64,000 nt of DNA, taken from positions 20,366,362 to 20,430,361 of the forward strand of contig NC_057719.1 in assembly GCF_004010195.1 (NCBI RefSeq), in the 5' to 3' direction. The position numbers were made by a program, and so were the translations under genes. Each line of letters starts with the position of its first letter. The stretch's first letter is position 1. The DNA comes from Chiloscyllium plagiosum. Its lineage: Eukaryota. Of the stretch, positions 12,256 through 25,009 are shown piece by piece. Under the pieces are notes generated by a model, which had not been told where the DNA came from, searched no databases, and worked only from the letters and a program-made list of their open reading frames with translations.

Positions 12256-12312
12256 CTCCTGTTCCCTGGATGCTGCCTGACTTCCTGTGCTGTTCCAGCA
12301 ATAAAGTTTCAA

Positions 12313-12390
12313 CTGTTGTGATGCAGTGGCCACCCCCAGATTGGGAGACCCCAGTTCGAGATCCACCTGCTCCAGAGGTGTGTAATAACA
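12313..12390 (+). mobile_element. Short tRNA-like SINE family C (target of the PLE insertion)
   Basis: tgttgtgatgcagtgg (A-box-like) ... gttcgaga (B-box-like) ... ctccagaggtgtgtaataaca; paralogue at 1838-1926. Confidence 0.55.
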
Positions 12391-12879
12391 GAAAGATTAG
12401 AAAAGTAGGTTAAACTTTAATAAAAGAATAATTGAGCATTCACAGACTCCCCCAAGCTGGTGGATGTTTTGCTGCTAGGCCACTTAACACTTCAACTTTC
12501 ATTATCAAACAATGCCTTTGTTTTGATTAATTGGTACCAGTTGGACAGGGTTTGTGCAGGGAGTACGAACACAGCTCAGCTAGCTCAGCTATTAAATTGC
12601 GTGACTCTTCATCTCAGGTTCCTAGAATACTTTTCCACTGACTTTTACCAGAATGTTTGAAACAATGTGGCTGTATTTAATCATTTGTAAACCTTTATCT
12701 TAAATAAAACTCTCCAGTATATTTAAAGCTCAACATAAGGTTCATTTTAATCAGTCAAATTTTGAAAGCTGTTAAGTTGATGATTGGAGTAGTTGTACTT
12801 TTTTTCCCCATCAACTGAGTTTGTTATAAAGGAGGCAGATTATTGTTGGACACCAACTTTCAAAAATATTTGAGCAACA

Positions 12880-13400
12880 ATAGTTTTTATGAGATTGCTC
12901 CTCATTCTTCTAAACCCCAGTGAATATAGTTTTACCAATCCTGTCTCTCTCCAATGTCAGTCCTGCCACCTCAGGAATCAGTCTGGCAAACGTTGCAGTC
13001 CCTCGTGCATCCAGAACATCCTTTCTTAGATAAGAAGACTAAAATTGCAAATAATACTCCATTTGTGCTCTCTCCAAGGCTTTGTATAACTTCAGAAAGA
13101 CATCCTTGCTTGTGAATTTTCATCCTCTCACCATGAAGGCCAACATACCATTTGCTTTATTCAATGTCTGCTGCACCTTGCTTACTCTCACGCCTGTGTA
13201 CAAAGTCATCTAGGGATCTTGTTGCATTTCAACCTTTCCCAATCCATTGCTATTCAGATAATTAACTGGCTTCCTGTTTCAGCTATTAAAGTTATTAATC
13301 TCACATTTAGTCAAATTATAATAAAACTGCATTTGGCCTCTCGCTCAACTTGTCCAATCACAATGAATTATCTCTGTAGCCCCCTCACACTTCATCCTCC
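12880..13400 (-). mobile_element. Old CR1 RT fragment
   Basis: Minus-strand similarity to 5800-6050. Confidence 0.7.
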
Positions 13401-13789
13401 TTCCCAATCTAGATTTGATTTACAAATAACTGCAATTCTTTGCTATTATAAGGAAGCCAGCAAACATGAATAATTGTTCATCCCTAATAAGATCCAGTAA
13501 GAAAAAGTCTTTACTTCGATCCAACATTTTTCTGTTTTTTATCAGCCGAGTTGGCTGGTGGTTAGTCTAAAAATTCAGAGATTATTGACATCGTTCTACA
13601 AGGTGTTCTGAGGCAGAGGCAGTCACAATGATATAATTCAGCAAAGAGTAATAATAATTAGCTATTTTGCAAAAGGAATGTTGGAACAGTTGAAAACTCC
13701 AGAAACTCTTGAGTGGTATAAATCATCATTGAATTTACTAACTCCATAATTTGTTGGGTCATTTAAGCTGTAAAGCTAATGGGGTGTAT

Positions 13790-14230
13790 TTAATTATATT
13801 GTGGATGTAGTGCCTTGTCGACAGAATTTGGGGCTTTGGGAGGTGAGTCACCCAGTGCAGGATTCCCAGTTTCTGAACTTCACTTGTATATACTGTATTG
13901 ACATGGTGAGTGCAGTTTTGGTCTGGATGTTGATAATGCAAGTTCAGAGTTGGCAGTGCCACTGAATGTAATCGACGGTGGTTAGATTCTCTCTCATGGG
14001 AAATGGTAATTATCAAGTGTCAGCCCAAACATGAATATTTTCCAGGTTTGACAGCATGGATTTCTTCAGTATAGGAATAGATGCAAATGGTGCTGAACAT
14101 TGTACAATCATCAGTGAATATCCCCACTTTTGACTTTATAATGGTGGGAAGGTCATTGATAAGCAGTTGATGTTGGTTGGGCCTAGGCCACCACTTTGCC
14201 TAACTCCTAGAGAAATCTCCTGCAGTTGAG
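13790..14230 (-). mobile_element. Old second-family LINE RT fragment
   Basis: Minus strand INDLPTIIKSKVGIFTDDCTMFSTI. Confidence 0.75.
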
Positions 14231-14244
14231 ATGACTAACCTTCT

Positions 14245-14745
14245 GGAGTATTGTGTGCTAGTCAGCCTGCTATCGAAAGGAGATTATTAAATTGGAGAGG
14301 GTTCAGAAAAAGATTTGCAGGGAATGGAAGGTTTAAGTTATAAAAATAGGATGGATAGGTGGGGCTATTTTCATTGGAGCGTAGGAGGCTGAAAGGTGAC
14401 CTTACAGAGGTTTATAAAATTATGAGGGGTATAGATAAGGTGAATAGTAAAGGTTTTCTCCCAAGGTGAGGAAGTTCAAAACTAGGGGAATTTTTTTTTA
14501 AGGTGAGTGGAGAAAGTTTTAAAAATGACTTGAGGAGCAGTTTTTTATCTGTGTGGAATAAACTAACAGAGGAAGTAATGGATACAGGTGCAGTTACATT
14601 ATTTAAAAGACATTTGGATAAGTACATGAATAAGAAAGATTTGGAGGGATATGGGCCAAACGCAGGCAAGTGGGATTAGTTTAGTTTAGAAAAATGGTGA
14701 ACGTGGATTAGTTCGACTGAAGGGTCTGTATAACTGTGATTCTAT
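14245..14745 (+). mobile_element. HER1/CR1 3' end
   Basis: ctggagtattgtgtgc...aggctgaaaggtgaccttacagaggtttataaaattatgag and the 3' UTR. Confidence 0.85.
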
Positions 14746-15112
14746 AATCACAATCATTTTGCTTTGTGGTATCTATTACTGCATCCTACAGAGAAAATAG
14801 CTTGGACAACTAACAAAGAGTATACCCTGGATTCCCAGGGTATCTTTGCTGAGACTGTTTGATGTGAGACTTGATCAATTGCTGCCTTCATGTCAAGAAC
14901 AGTTACTCTCATCTCACCTCTGGAATTCAGCTCTTCTGTCTTGTTTAAATCAAGGCTATAATGAAGTTAAGGGCAGTATGATCCTGGTAGAACACAAACT
15001 GAGCATTAGTGAGCAGGCATTTCAAAGCAAATGTTGCTTGATAGCACTGTTGATGACTCTCCCATCACTTTTCTGATGGTCAAGAGTAGACTGATGGAGT
15101 GGTAACTGGTTG

Positions 15113-15792
15113 AGTCGAGAGTGTGTTGCTGGAAAAGCACAGCCAGTCAGGCAACATCCGAGGAGCAGGAGAATCGACATTTCGGGCATACGCCCTTCAT
15201 CAGGAATGAGATTTGTGGGCCAGGACTGAGAGGTAAGTGGGAAGAGGGTGGGGTTGGGTGGACGGCAGCTGGGAAAGCCGCACCCATCAAGCCCACCGTC
15301 CTGTGGTTGAACACTTCAACTCCCCCTCCCACTCCGTCCAGGACATGCAGGTCCTGGGCCTCCTCCACAGCCAAACTGTTACCACCCGACACCTGGAGGA
15401 CGAACGCATCATATTCTGCCTTGGGACTCTGCAAACACACAGGATAAATGTGGATTCCAACAGCTTCCTCATTTCCCCTCCCCCCACATTATTCCCCTCC
15501 CAGTCCCAAGCCTCCAACTCGGCACTGTCCTCCGGACCCATCCATCACTGCCCCTGTGACCTATCACTTCCTCCCTCACCATCATCCACCTATTGCTTTC
15601 CCAGCTACCTCCCCCAACCCCAACCCCCTCCCACTTATCTCTCAGCCATGACCCACAAGCCTCATTCCTGAGGAAGAGCTTATGCCCGAAACATCAATTC
15701 TTCTGCTCCTTGGATGCTGCCTGACCTGCTGTGCTTTTCCAGCAATACACTCTTGACTCTCATCTCCAGCATCTGCAGTCCTCACTTTCTCC
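15113..15792 (+). mobile_element. Penelope-like insertion with an inverted 5' arm (15113-15280) and GIY-YIG C-terminus
   Basis: HRPVVEHFNSPSHSVQDMQVLGL...EDERIIFCLGTLQ; hammerhead-like motifs at about 15172-15207 (-) and 15664-15698 (+). Confidence 0.9.
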
Positions 15793-17080
15793 TGGCAATT
15801 GGCTGAGTTGGATTTGTCCTGTTTTTATTTTGTTTGCATGATAAACCTGAGCAATTTTCCAGAACATAGGACATGTCAGTCTTTTAAATGACTTACTTTC
15901 ATATAGCTTTACCACAACAATAAATACTATTTGCTGTTTAGGATGCAATAACATTCCAATTCTTATAAAATTGCTTATTGTTTGACCTACAATGAGCAGT
16001 GTCAGGAAGTTCATAATTTACAGAGTAATATAATTTATGAAGTCATCTATTGAAAAGTACTAAACACAAGGCATTACTAGAAGTCTGTTTTACATAATCA
16101 AGCCATGATCATTTGGTGTATATCACATATCTTAAATGTAATAGCATTGCTATTTGTTGCATTTGTAAAGGTTTTTTGTAGAGTCCCTGAAGTTGTCAAA
16201 TTGATGTTACAAATGATGTAGCCAGTCAAATGTCAAATACTGAACCCAGTCTGTCAATACAAGAGAAAAAAAAGACTTGTGTTGGAGAGGGTAGCCATGT
16301 GATTAGGATGAGAAGGAGATTGAATTAGTTCAGAATCAGTGTACGTTATAGTAACATTTCAACGTTTACAAAGCAGCATTAAAATCCATGATCTGAAATC
16401 AGAAAATCATTTTTGTTTTCAAGGTTTTTTTATTTTTATTTTAATTCATTCATCTAGACGAGCTCTCAAATCTCCAATTTTCTCATCTGATTGCTTCCCA
16501 AATGATGCCATGAAGTTTGCTTCCATCACCTTGCTTTGAAACATTTTGCAAGCTCCAAGCATCAATGTGTCCTCTAATTTCCCTTCACAGCATGTGGCAC
16601 AGTTGGTGTACTGCATGACCCCTTTAAGATAGTTGTGTGGCTGCCTCCTTGCACACTTTAAAGAACTGCTGCTTGCTCATATTATTTTGGACCAGTCTAT
16701 GTTAATTTTTAGGTTGCTGCGGAGCCTGAACAGCAAGTATGGAACTTTGTAGGTTGTTAATTATATATTAAGTATATTTAATTTACACAAATTGCACACA
16801 TCAACTGAGAATTTTCTGTATGCCATCTAAAAGTTTGCAAGTTAGGTTAGGAGAAGTATGTTCGTAACATGTATGTCTGTGAATTAATATAAAAACCTGC
16901 AAAGAATACAAAACTAGGAGGAGTCAGCATTCCAGCCCCTCAAGCCTGCTCCCATTCCATTCGATCATGGCTGATCTCATAAAAACTGAGCTTTTCCAGC
17001 AATTTCAATTTTTGTCAGTTTATGACTGATCTCATCTGGGCCTCAACCTCACCTTCCTGCCTTCTCTCCATAGTCCTTCA

Positions 17081-17267
17081 TTCTGGATTAGTGGTGCTGG
17101 AAAAGCACAGCAGTTCAGACAGCATCCGAGGAGCAGTAAAATCGACATTTCAGGCAAAAGCCCTTCATCAGGAATACATGCCTCGGATGCTGTCTGAACT
17201 GCTGTGCTTTTCCAGCACCACTAATCCAGAATCTGGTTTCCAGCATCTGCAGTCATTGTTTTTACCT
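17081..17267. mobile_element. Fold-back PLE mini-insertion A
   Basis: Inverted arms; TSD t(c/t)tccatagtccttca at 17065-17080 and 17268-17283. Confidence 0.85.
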
Positions 17268-17309
17268 TTTCCATAGTCCTTCAGCCCATTGTAGATCAAA
17301 AATCTTCTA

Positions 17310-17549
17310 GGAGAAAGTGAGGACTGCAGATGCTGGAGATTAGAGCTGAAAATGTGTTGCTTGAAAAGCGCAGCAGGTCAGGCAGCATCCAGGGAACAGG
17401 AGAATCGATGTTTCGGGCATGAGCCCTTCTTCAGGAATTCATGTATTCCTGATGAAGGGTTTTTGCACGAAACATTGATTTTACTGCTCCTCGGATGCTG
17501 TCTGAACTGCTGTGCTTTTCTAGCACCACTAATCCAGAATGAAGGACTA
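17310..17549. mobile_element. Chimeric fold-back PLE mini-insertion B
   Basis: The left arm is from a different subfamily; the right arm 17440-17549 is an inverted copy of 17071-17180; tagatcaaaaat flanks both sides. Confidence 0.85.
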
Positions 17550-20122
17550 GATCAAAAATTTGTCTACCTAATTCTGAAATGTCCCAGCAATGCACGCTGG
17601 GGTTTTGAATTCCACAGATCCACAACTCTTCGAAAGAAGAAATTTCTCTTCACCTTTGTTTTAAATTTGCAACCCCTTATCCTAAAACAATGACCTTTCA
17701 TTTGAGATTGCCCCATGTCAGGAAAGACCCTCTCTACATCTACTTTGTCAATCCCCTTTTGCATATTATATACCTCAATTAGATCTCCTCTCGTTAGTCA
17801 TAGTCATAGAGATCTCCAGCCCTTCGAGCCACTAAGTCTGCACCACTCAAAAACAACTGCCTAACTTGTCTAATCCAATTTTTCAGCACTTTCTCAAGAG
17901 CCTTGTATGGTTCAGCATCACAACACCTCTTAAATTTTATTGGGTTTCTGCTTCTACCACCTTTATAGACAGTGAGTTCCAGATTCCCACCTCCCTCAGG
18001 GTGAAAATGATTCTCCTCTCATCTCCTTATGTGCGTTGAACCTATGCCGTGCGGTCATTCATTTCTCCAACAACAGGAAACATTTCTTCCTGTCTGCTAT
18101 GTCTATGCTCTTCATAATACTACACAATCAAGTCCCCCTCTGTCTCCTCTGTTCCAATGAGAAACAACCACAGTCTATCCATCTGTAAAACTCTTCAGTC
18201 CTGAAAAATCCTGATAAATATTTTCTGTCCTCTCTCCAGTGTAATGACATCTCTCCTGTAATGCAGATTACATAACTACATGTAATGGTATCATTGTGAT
18301 ATAACCTTCCTGCTCTTAAACTCCATGCCTAGTCTAATTTAGGCAATCTCTACCTCTTCTGCTACCTTAAGGGACCAGCGGAAAACCTCACAGTTATCCA
18401 CAGTAAACTCCCAAAATTGTGAACTCAAAGATCGGTTCCACTTTTATCCTTCACTTTCAGGAATACAATGCTGATCACTCTTTACTTAACGAAACTCTTG
18501 ATAATCAATCATAGTCATATCTTCAGTTTAGACATGTGTCCTCTGCTCATCCACCCATAATTTAAATTGTAAGTATTCAAGGTTAGCCTTTTCTGTATTG
18601 TGCATTTCATATATATTATAATATACTCATCACATATTCACCTTCAATTACTTCTTTCCAAGCTGACAATCCCAAATAGCAGATTTTCAATCTGTTGTCT
18701 TACCATAAACCTGACATTATGGTTTGATGATCTATTACAAACCTGCATTCTTTTTATTTACATTGAAATCTAGCCTTTCGAGACTTTGCTGTATTTTTAG
18801 CCAGTAACAATCTATCTTGCCCATACAGCTTTCCATGCACTGGATAACCAGAAATGGTCCCAGTATTCAAGGCTGGTCTGATCAATTACATCTTCAGTCA
18901 ACCATCTTCAAAGCATGCACCCCAGTTGCCAAAGTAAATCTTCTGGAAATGAAGACTTGTTAAGAATTGTGAGACCTTGCCATGGCGATACATTGCAATG
19001 CAGAAAAGCATACATAGCACAGTGGTTATGTCTGGGACATGACAAAGAGAAGACACAAGTCAAACAGAGACACGATGGCATATTTGTGAATATACAGTTG
19101 ATGCGATATCCAAATGTCTTGAAATGTATCGTGCCATAGCTAGAATAGTATCTGCATTAGAAATGTTCTTTTACTCTGATTACTAATTAATCCATTAGAC
19201 TTCATTACAATAAGGAATATTATTGATTACATTATTATTAAAATGTGTTTCTGCCGGTTAAATATTGTGACAATACTTTGGCTTTCAGGTTATATTTTGT
19301 CATTTTTCTTATGAGAGGACGCTGGAGCAGAGGTGCTGAACAGTCTGTTCTAGAATAATAAAAGCTTGTGAGGGCTTAGGGTTTCTTTAAGTCTGAACAA
19401 AGACTGGAGGCCTGTGACCAGTGGTGCGCCACAAAGGTCGGTGCTGGGTCCACTACTTTATGTTATTTATATAAATGATTTGGATGTGAACATAAGACGT
19501 ATAGTTAGTAAGTTTACAGATGACACCAAAATTGGAGGTGTAATGGACAGCGAAGAAAGTTACCCCAGATTACAACACGATCTTGATCAGATGGAACAAT
19601 GGGATGAGAAGTGGCAGATGGAGTTTAATCTAGATAAATGTGAGATGCTGCATTTTTGGAAAGCAAATCTTACCAGGACTTATATACTTAATGGTAAGGT
19701 CTTAGGGAGTGTTGCTCAACAAAGAGACCTTGAAGTGTAGGTTCATAGTTCCTTGAAAGTGGAGTTGAAGATAGATAGGATAGAAGAAGGTATTTGGTAT
19801 GCTTTCCATTATTGGTCAGAGTATTCAGTACACAGGTAGGGAGGTCATGTTGCAGCTGAATAGGACAATGGTTCGGCCACTGTTGGAATATTTCGTGCAA
19901 TTCTGGTCTCCTTCCCATCGGAAAGATGTGGTGAAACTTGAAAGAGTTCAGAAAAAAATTACAAGAATGTTGCCAGGGTTGGAGGATTTGAGCTACAGGG
20001 AGATGTTGAGGAAGCTGTGGCAGTTTTCCCTAGAGTATCAGAGACTGAGGAGTGACCTTATAGAGGTTTATAAAATCATGAGGGGCATGGATAGGATATA
20101 TGTGGGTGGGGAGTCCAGAACT

Positions 20123-20336
20123 GTCCAGAACACATCGACCTGGACCCAATATACCAACCACTACAGCGGACAGCTGAAACTGACAACCGGAAGCGGCAGG
20201 GACAGACCACTATAAACACCAGAGGAAACATCAAAGAAGCGTTTCGCAGGAGGCTCCCAAGCACTGATGATGTCGCCTAGCCAGGGGACGAAACGTTTGC
20301 AACAAAAACTTCCAGCTCGGCGAACAGAACCACAAC
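20123..20336 (+). mobile_element. Second Penelope family, 3' end, with TSD
   Basis: HIDLDPIYQPL C-terminal peptide; 11-bp TSD agtccagaact at 20112-20122 and 20337-20347. Confidence 0.85.
20261..20300 (+). ncRNA. Minimal hammerhead ribozyme (second PLE family)
   Basis: GCA CTGATGA T GTCGCC TAGCCA GGGGAC GAAAC GTT TGC; stem I is GCA/TGC. Confidence 0.8.
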
Positions 20337-21236
20337 AGTCCAGAACTAAAGGGCATAGATTAAGGGTGAGAGGGGAAAGATATAAAAGAGACCTATGGGG
20401 CAACCTTTTCGCGCAGAGGGTGTTATGTGTATGGAATGAGCTGTCAGAGGAAGTGGTGGAGGCTAGTACAATTGCAACATTTAAAAGGCATCTGGATGTA
20501 GTATGAATGGGTGGGGTCAAGCTCCCACAACACCAGGATTTTCGCATAGATTGCACTAACTGTTGACATTTAGAAGCTGCTATACATTTCTCCCTGTTAC
20601 AGCAAAACGCTGGGGTTTGTGATCTCTGCCAGAGTTTTCTCTTCATGTTCTTCCGTCCTGGACTGGAGAAGCATTGCCTGTGAGACAATCTATTTTACTG
20701 AACTTGCCTTTGCCAAGGGTGTGTTTATGAATGATACTAGTAATTAACATGTATATTCTCCTGTTAAGTATTTGATAGTTACAATTAGGCTACTTCTATT
20801 TAACTGTAAGAATAAGGTGTGTTCTGTATCAAGCGTGGTAGTTTGATCAATGGAATTGCATCCATACCTTACATTTGCCTGTTAAAATAAGAAAATGTGG
20901 TTGTCTAGGCTATCTTTTTAATATATTTTGAGAGAGTGAGGTCAGGTCCATAACAATATGAAGTGAATCAAAAATAATAATGCAAAAATCTTAATATTGT
21001 TATGATGCTGGATCAGAACACTGATGTACCATGGACAATATTAACTTTCAAGTTTAAATGTGTTTTTAAAGGAAGTCTGCCTCATCCAAAATAGTGAGTG
21101 GAGGTATAAATTCACTCACTAGCAAAATCCTATGTGAAATCCCTGGAATGTCACTGCAGGGTATCAGGGTAATTTCAAATACAGAGTCAAATGTAACAGT
21201 AAGATATAAGAAGGTGCTAACGACCCTTTAGAAAAT

Positions 21237-21316
21237 TTGTAGCTCAGGTTGAGGTTCTGGACGTAAGTTTGCTCACTGAGCTGGAAGGTTCATTTTCAGA
21301 TGTTTTGTCACCATAA
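21237..21316 (-). mobile_element. Decayed second-family PLE terminal remnant
   Basis: ggttctgg...gctcactgagctggaaggtt...cagatgttttgtcacc resembles the reverse complement of 20285-20336. Confidence 0.55.
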
Positions 21317-21397
21317 GCACCATAAGAAGGTGCTCTCAGAACAGCATTCTCAGAAGAAAGTCACTTCTTGCAGATTTTTTTGTGTTTATGCCTTCCA

Positions 21398-21956
21398 TGT
21401 GGGACTGTGCTGCCCCATTAACAAGGTTAGGTTGTCCTTGGTTTTTCTCAAGACTGGTCGGAAAGGCAGAGGTGCCGATATGTCTTGGAATGAGCTTACT
21501 TTAAACAATGACAGGGGAGTGGCCAGTTCTCCCAGTTCAGATTTTTTACAAGTTTGGTTTAGTTTTTAGCAGTGAGTCAGAAAACTGCTGGGACCTAGAG
21601 AAGCAGCTACAGCTTCAACAGAGTTCTTGCCTGAACTTTCCCTCTGAAATCTCTCCTGCCTGTAATAAACTGTGTTTGCATTTACCTTTTTCCAAGGGGT
21701 GTGTTTACGGGTTGTTGCAAGAACTGGAACAGATCCTTCGTTAAGCTGCGACAGAGTCGGTTGGATTTTCAAATATGTTATTCTAAATTCTGCTTTCTTT
21801 TGTTCGTGCCTCAGCCTTAGTGTGTAAATAAATTTAGTTATGCTTAAAGCCAAGCTGCATCACTCCTGGAATATCCACTTTACATCTGCCTTTAAATCAA
21901 GAAAAGTTAGGATCTGGGCTACCTTCTTAAAAGGCGGTCTGACCCGGTCCATAACA
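21398..21956 (+). mobile_element. Solo LTR, same family as 19266
   Basis: TG start, shared gcagaggtgc and ccaaggg(g)tgtgttta blocks, AATAAA, ends GGTCCATAACA; TSD not resolved. Confidence 0.7.
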
Positions 21957-22370
21957 TATGAAGACACTTTAAAAAAACAATTGCAACACTAATTCATGTG
22001 CATTGGTGACCTGGTGTTCTAGTATGTAGGTGATGGTGGTAAGGATTACAGCTTTGAAAACATCCATTTAAATATCCCTGCAAAACAAGTAAAAAAGGAA
22101 AATAAGGTCTGACTCTGAGTGCTGCCAGACAGCCACAAAAGATCAGCCTACAAAGTCAAGAACCTCAAAATCAACAGTTTGACATCCATGTTATCGGTGA
22201 CAACACTGCAAACAATGTTTAAACATTTGCAACCCATGAACAATTCAAAGATTGTCCTGTCTATCATTAGTTTTAACTTCTATTATTTTGAACTCACGTC
22301 CTATTTCTAATTTGCGTGACTCAATGGGCTGAATGGCCTAACTTGTGTTCATATGTCTTGTGGTGTAGAT

Positions 22371-22691
22371 ATCATCGAATCACTACATATAGAAGCAGGC
22401 CATTTAGCCTACTAACTCCACACTGACCCTCCAAAGAGCATGCCTCCCAGACCCAGTCCCCTACCTTATCCCCATAACCCTGCATTTCCTATGGCTAATC
22501 CCTATCGCCTGCATATCCCTGGATACTATGGGGCAACCTAGCATGGCCAGTCCACCTAAACTGCACATTCCTGGACTGTGGGAGGAAACATATGGAATGT
22601 ACAAATTCTGCACAGACAGTCACCTGAGAGTGGAATCAAACCCAGCTCCCTGGCACTGAGAGGCAGCAATGCTAACCACTGAGCCACCATG
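22371..22691 (-). mobile_element. HE1-like V-SINE
   Basis: Reverse complement head ggtggctcagtggttagcattgctgcctc, V-domain ctgtgcagaatttg, and a HER1-type tail. Confidence 0.85.
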
Positions 22692-23902
22692 TTGATATGT
22701 CTTGCATTACAATTTTTCTTGTTTTAACAAGAAATAAAATTCACCCTTCCTTGCTAATTCAAGAAAACTTGGCAAATTTATTCCTTACAAAACAAAAAAT
22801 TTGACTCAAAGAGAATGGTGTCCTCAATGGAAGAGAGCCTTTTAAAACTAACTTTGTTGCAACCAGCCACAGGGGGTTTGGGGAGGCAGGTAAGGGGTGT
22901 AAGGGAATTACTAAGGGGAGGCAGTTTACTCCTCCTTACCAGGATCTTAACACTTTGAGCTATTGGGCCTAGAACTAATCTGAATTGGGAAAATTTGCCA
23001 GGGGATTGGACCCAACAATACATTTGTTTTAAAATGGTCTCATATAATTAACATAATCAAAGAACTGCAGAGGTTGGAAATCTGTAACAAAAGCAGAAAT
23101 TGCGAGAGAAACTCATCAGGTCCAGCAGTAGAGAGCAGCGTTAACATTTTAAGTTCAGTGTCTCTTCATCAGAACGGTTAGCAGCTAGGAAAATGTAGTA
23201 TTTATACAGAAATTGATGTAGATAGTTGGATATGGAGCCCAAAGACGTATAGAAAGGATAGATGATCAAGGAGCTTCTGGATAGTAGACAAGGACCGAAG
23301 TATTTAAACTGACCATAGTGAAGGGAATAAAGTATTGTCCCTCAGTAAGGCTCTACTCTTAGAGAAATGAGGCACAGCCAAAATAAATGAATGACCCAAA
23401 AATGCTATCACTGTGAACTCTTGCAATAACCATAGTAGAATCCACCAGAATAGCTGAAATTAAGTCAGAACCCAAACATCAGGACTCAGCCTTATGCTGA
23501 AAATTCTAGGCTGACTTATTGGAGGAAGGTCTGTTGATGTCTGCTTTGTTCCACAAATCCGGATGATACAATTTTTCTATATAACAGCAGTAGCTTTATT
23601 ATGGGACAGCCGGTGAGAGATTCAAAATGTCCCCAAAGTAGCCTACTTGTGGAGACACTTCTTCACAAATCTCTGCCCTACACACAGAGACAGTATATTT
23701 TATAGGAATTAAACAACAGGTTCATCAGTCACATGGGCGATTGTCATCACATAGTTTAAAGTAGATAATTATGAATTTATAAAGCCCGATGAATGTTGAT
23801 GTCCTGTGATAACATGTGAATGGAGTACAGAAACTGATTAATGTATTCTTCATGATTATGTGTTGACAGGAAGAAATTAAGGCAGAAGGGTTTTGCCTGC
23901 TG

Positions 23903-23989
23903 TAAATAGGGGATTCTCATACCTATGCTAATATGAAGGGGAAATAAATGGGGGATTCACATACCTATGCTAATATGGAGGGGAAGTAA
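23903..23989 (+). repeat. Two 42-bp direct repeats with ATGCTAAT, inside a possible LTR (about 23790-24282)
   Basis: taaataggggattctcatacctatgctaatatgaaggggaaa and taaatgggggattcacatacctatgctaatatggaggggaag. Confidence 0.85.
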
Positions 23990-24427
23990 GACAATGGGAG
24001 CAGAAGGCAGTTTAACAGGGTTGTGACCAAGGCTATCACTCTTGTCTGGAAAGAGCAAATACCTTTGTCTGGGTCTACAGGTGAATCCACATGTGTGGTT
24101 TCATTAAGCTCCATTTCTGAGATACAGCCAGCCTCCCCTCTACTGAGATGTTCTGTCTGTATTGTAAGAGTCCAGGCTTTCAGTTGATACTGCAATAAGT
24201 CCTTTGATAGTGGAATGTTTAACCCTTGAGTTCCCAGTATGTCCTGAAGGAGAAGTAAAGCATGGAACTGACCCCTCTGGCATTTTAACTTCCTCAGCTC
24301 TATTGATCACTCAAATATATCCATGGAAATAAAAGTGGTGGCACTAGAACAGCTTTCCAAGCATCAGAGTTCTTCAATCCCAAGCCTTCAGTCAAGGTTG
24401 TGACTTGTGGTAGGTGGAGATAACCAT

Positions 24428-24530
24428 GATTTGGAGGAGCCAGTGTTGGACTTGGGCGGACAAAGTTAAAAATCACACAACGCCAGGTTATAGTCCATCA
24501 GGTTCATTTGGAAGCACTAGCTTTCAGAAT
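24428..24530 (-). mobile_element. Third PLE family terminal remnant
   Basis: aaaatcacacaacgccaggttatagtcc...ggaagcactagctttc; paralogues at 43512-43696 and 47267-47335. Confidence 0.7.
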
Positions 24531-25009
24531 ACACAGAGCAGAGGTACGTCCCTAAAAGTCACTGACTGTGGGGTTAATATGTGTATTCAGGCTGGATTGC
24601 TGTTTGTGTCTCACAGAAGAGTCAGTTTATTTCTAAGTAAGTCTCTGTGGTAGTGGGAGGCATTATCAACTTGTCATCAGAAGGAATCAAGGCATCTCCC
24701 TGCAGGCTCCAATCATAGTCTGGTGTGGACACAACTTATTCCGTTTACCAATTGGATAGGGTGCATGTTACAGGCATGTTAACAACCTGCTGCTGGAAGT
24801 CAATCATTTTGAGGATTCAGTCCTTCAGTTTAGGTCTTGATGGAGAAGGAAGCATGGAAGCTTTTCCTCCTTGAGGCTTTAATGGCATGTCGACAAGACT
24901 TGCAATCACATTGTCTGTCAGCAATACACAAAGATGCTGAGAAAAAGATGAAAATCTAGAATCCAATGACCCGAGCATGGAACTCCAGTTCTGAAGAAGA
25001 GTCATAATA

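Larger units (their letters stand above)
11517..12312 (+). mobile_element. Young Penelope-like insertion: inverted terminal repeats flanking an internally deleted RT fragment
   Basis: About 248-bp near-perfect inverted arms (11550-11797, 12067-12313); spacer LPFLDLSVSISGDRINTDIYYKPTDSHSYLDY; 17-bp TSD ctgttgtgatgcagtgg at 11500-11516 and 12313-12329. Confidence 0.95.
16900..18420 (-). mobile_element. Nested CR1 3' fragments hosting two PLE mini-insertions
   Basis: KGIDKVDVERVFP..GQSQMKGHCFRIRGCKFKTKVKRNFF on the minus strand; a second CR1 tail starts near 17797. Confidence 0.75.
19401..20498 (+). mobile_element. HER1/CR1 RT fragment
   Basis: [22 protein letters not shown]...SKFTDDTKIGG and VRPLLEYFVQFWSP. 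Confidence 0.92.
19266..20955 (+). mobile_element. Solo LTR interrupted by CR1
   Basis: Starts TGTGAC, ends GGTCCATAACA, 4-bp TSD ATAT (19262-19265, 20956-20959); homologous to 21398-21956 and 31879-32848. Confidence 0.8.

Noticed and set aside
16713..16736. 24-nt microexon candidate (VAAEPEQQ)
   Set aside because: Weak splice sites and no identifiable host gene.
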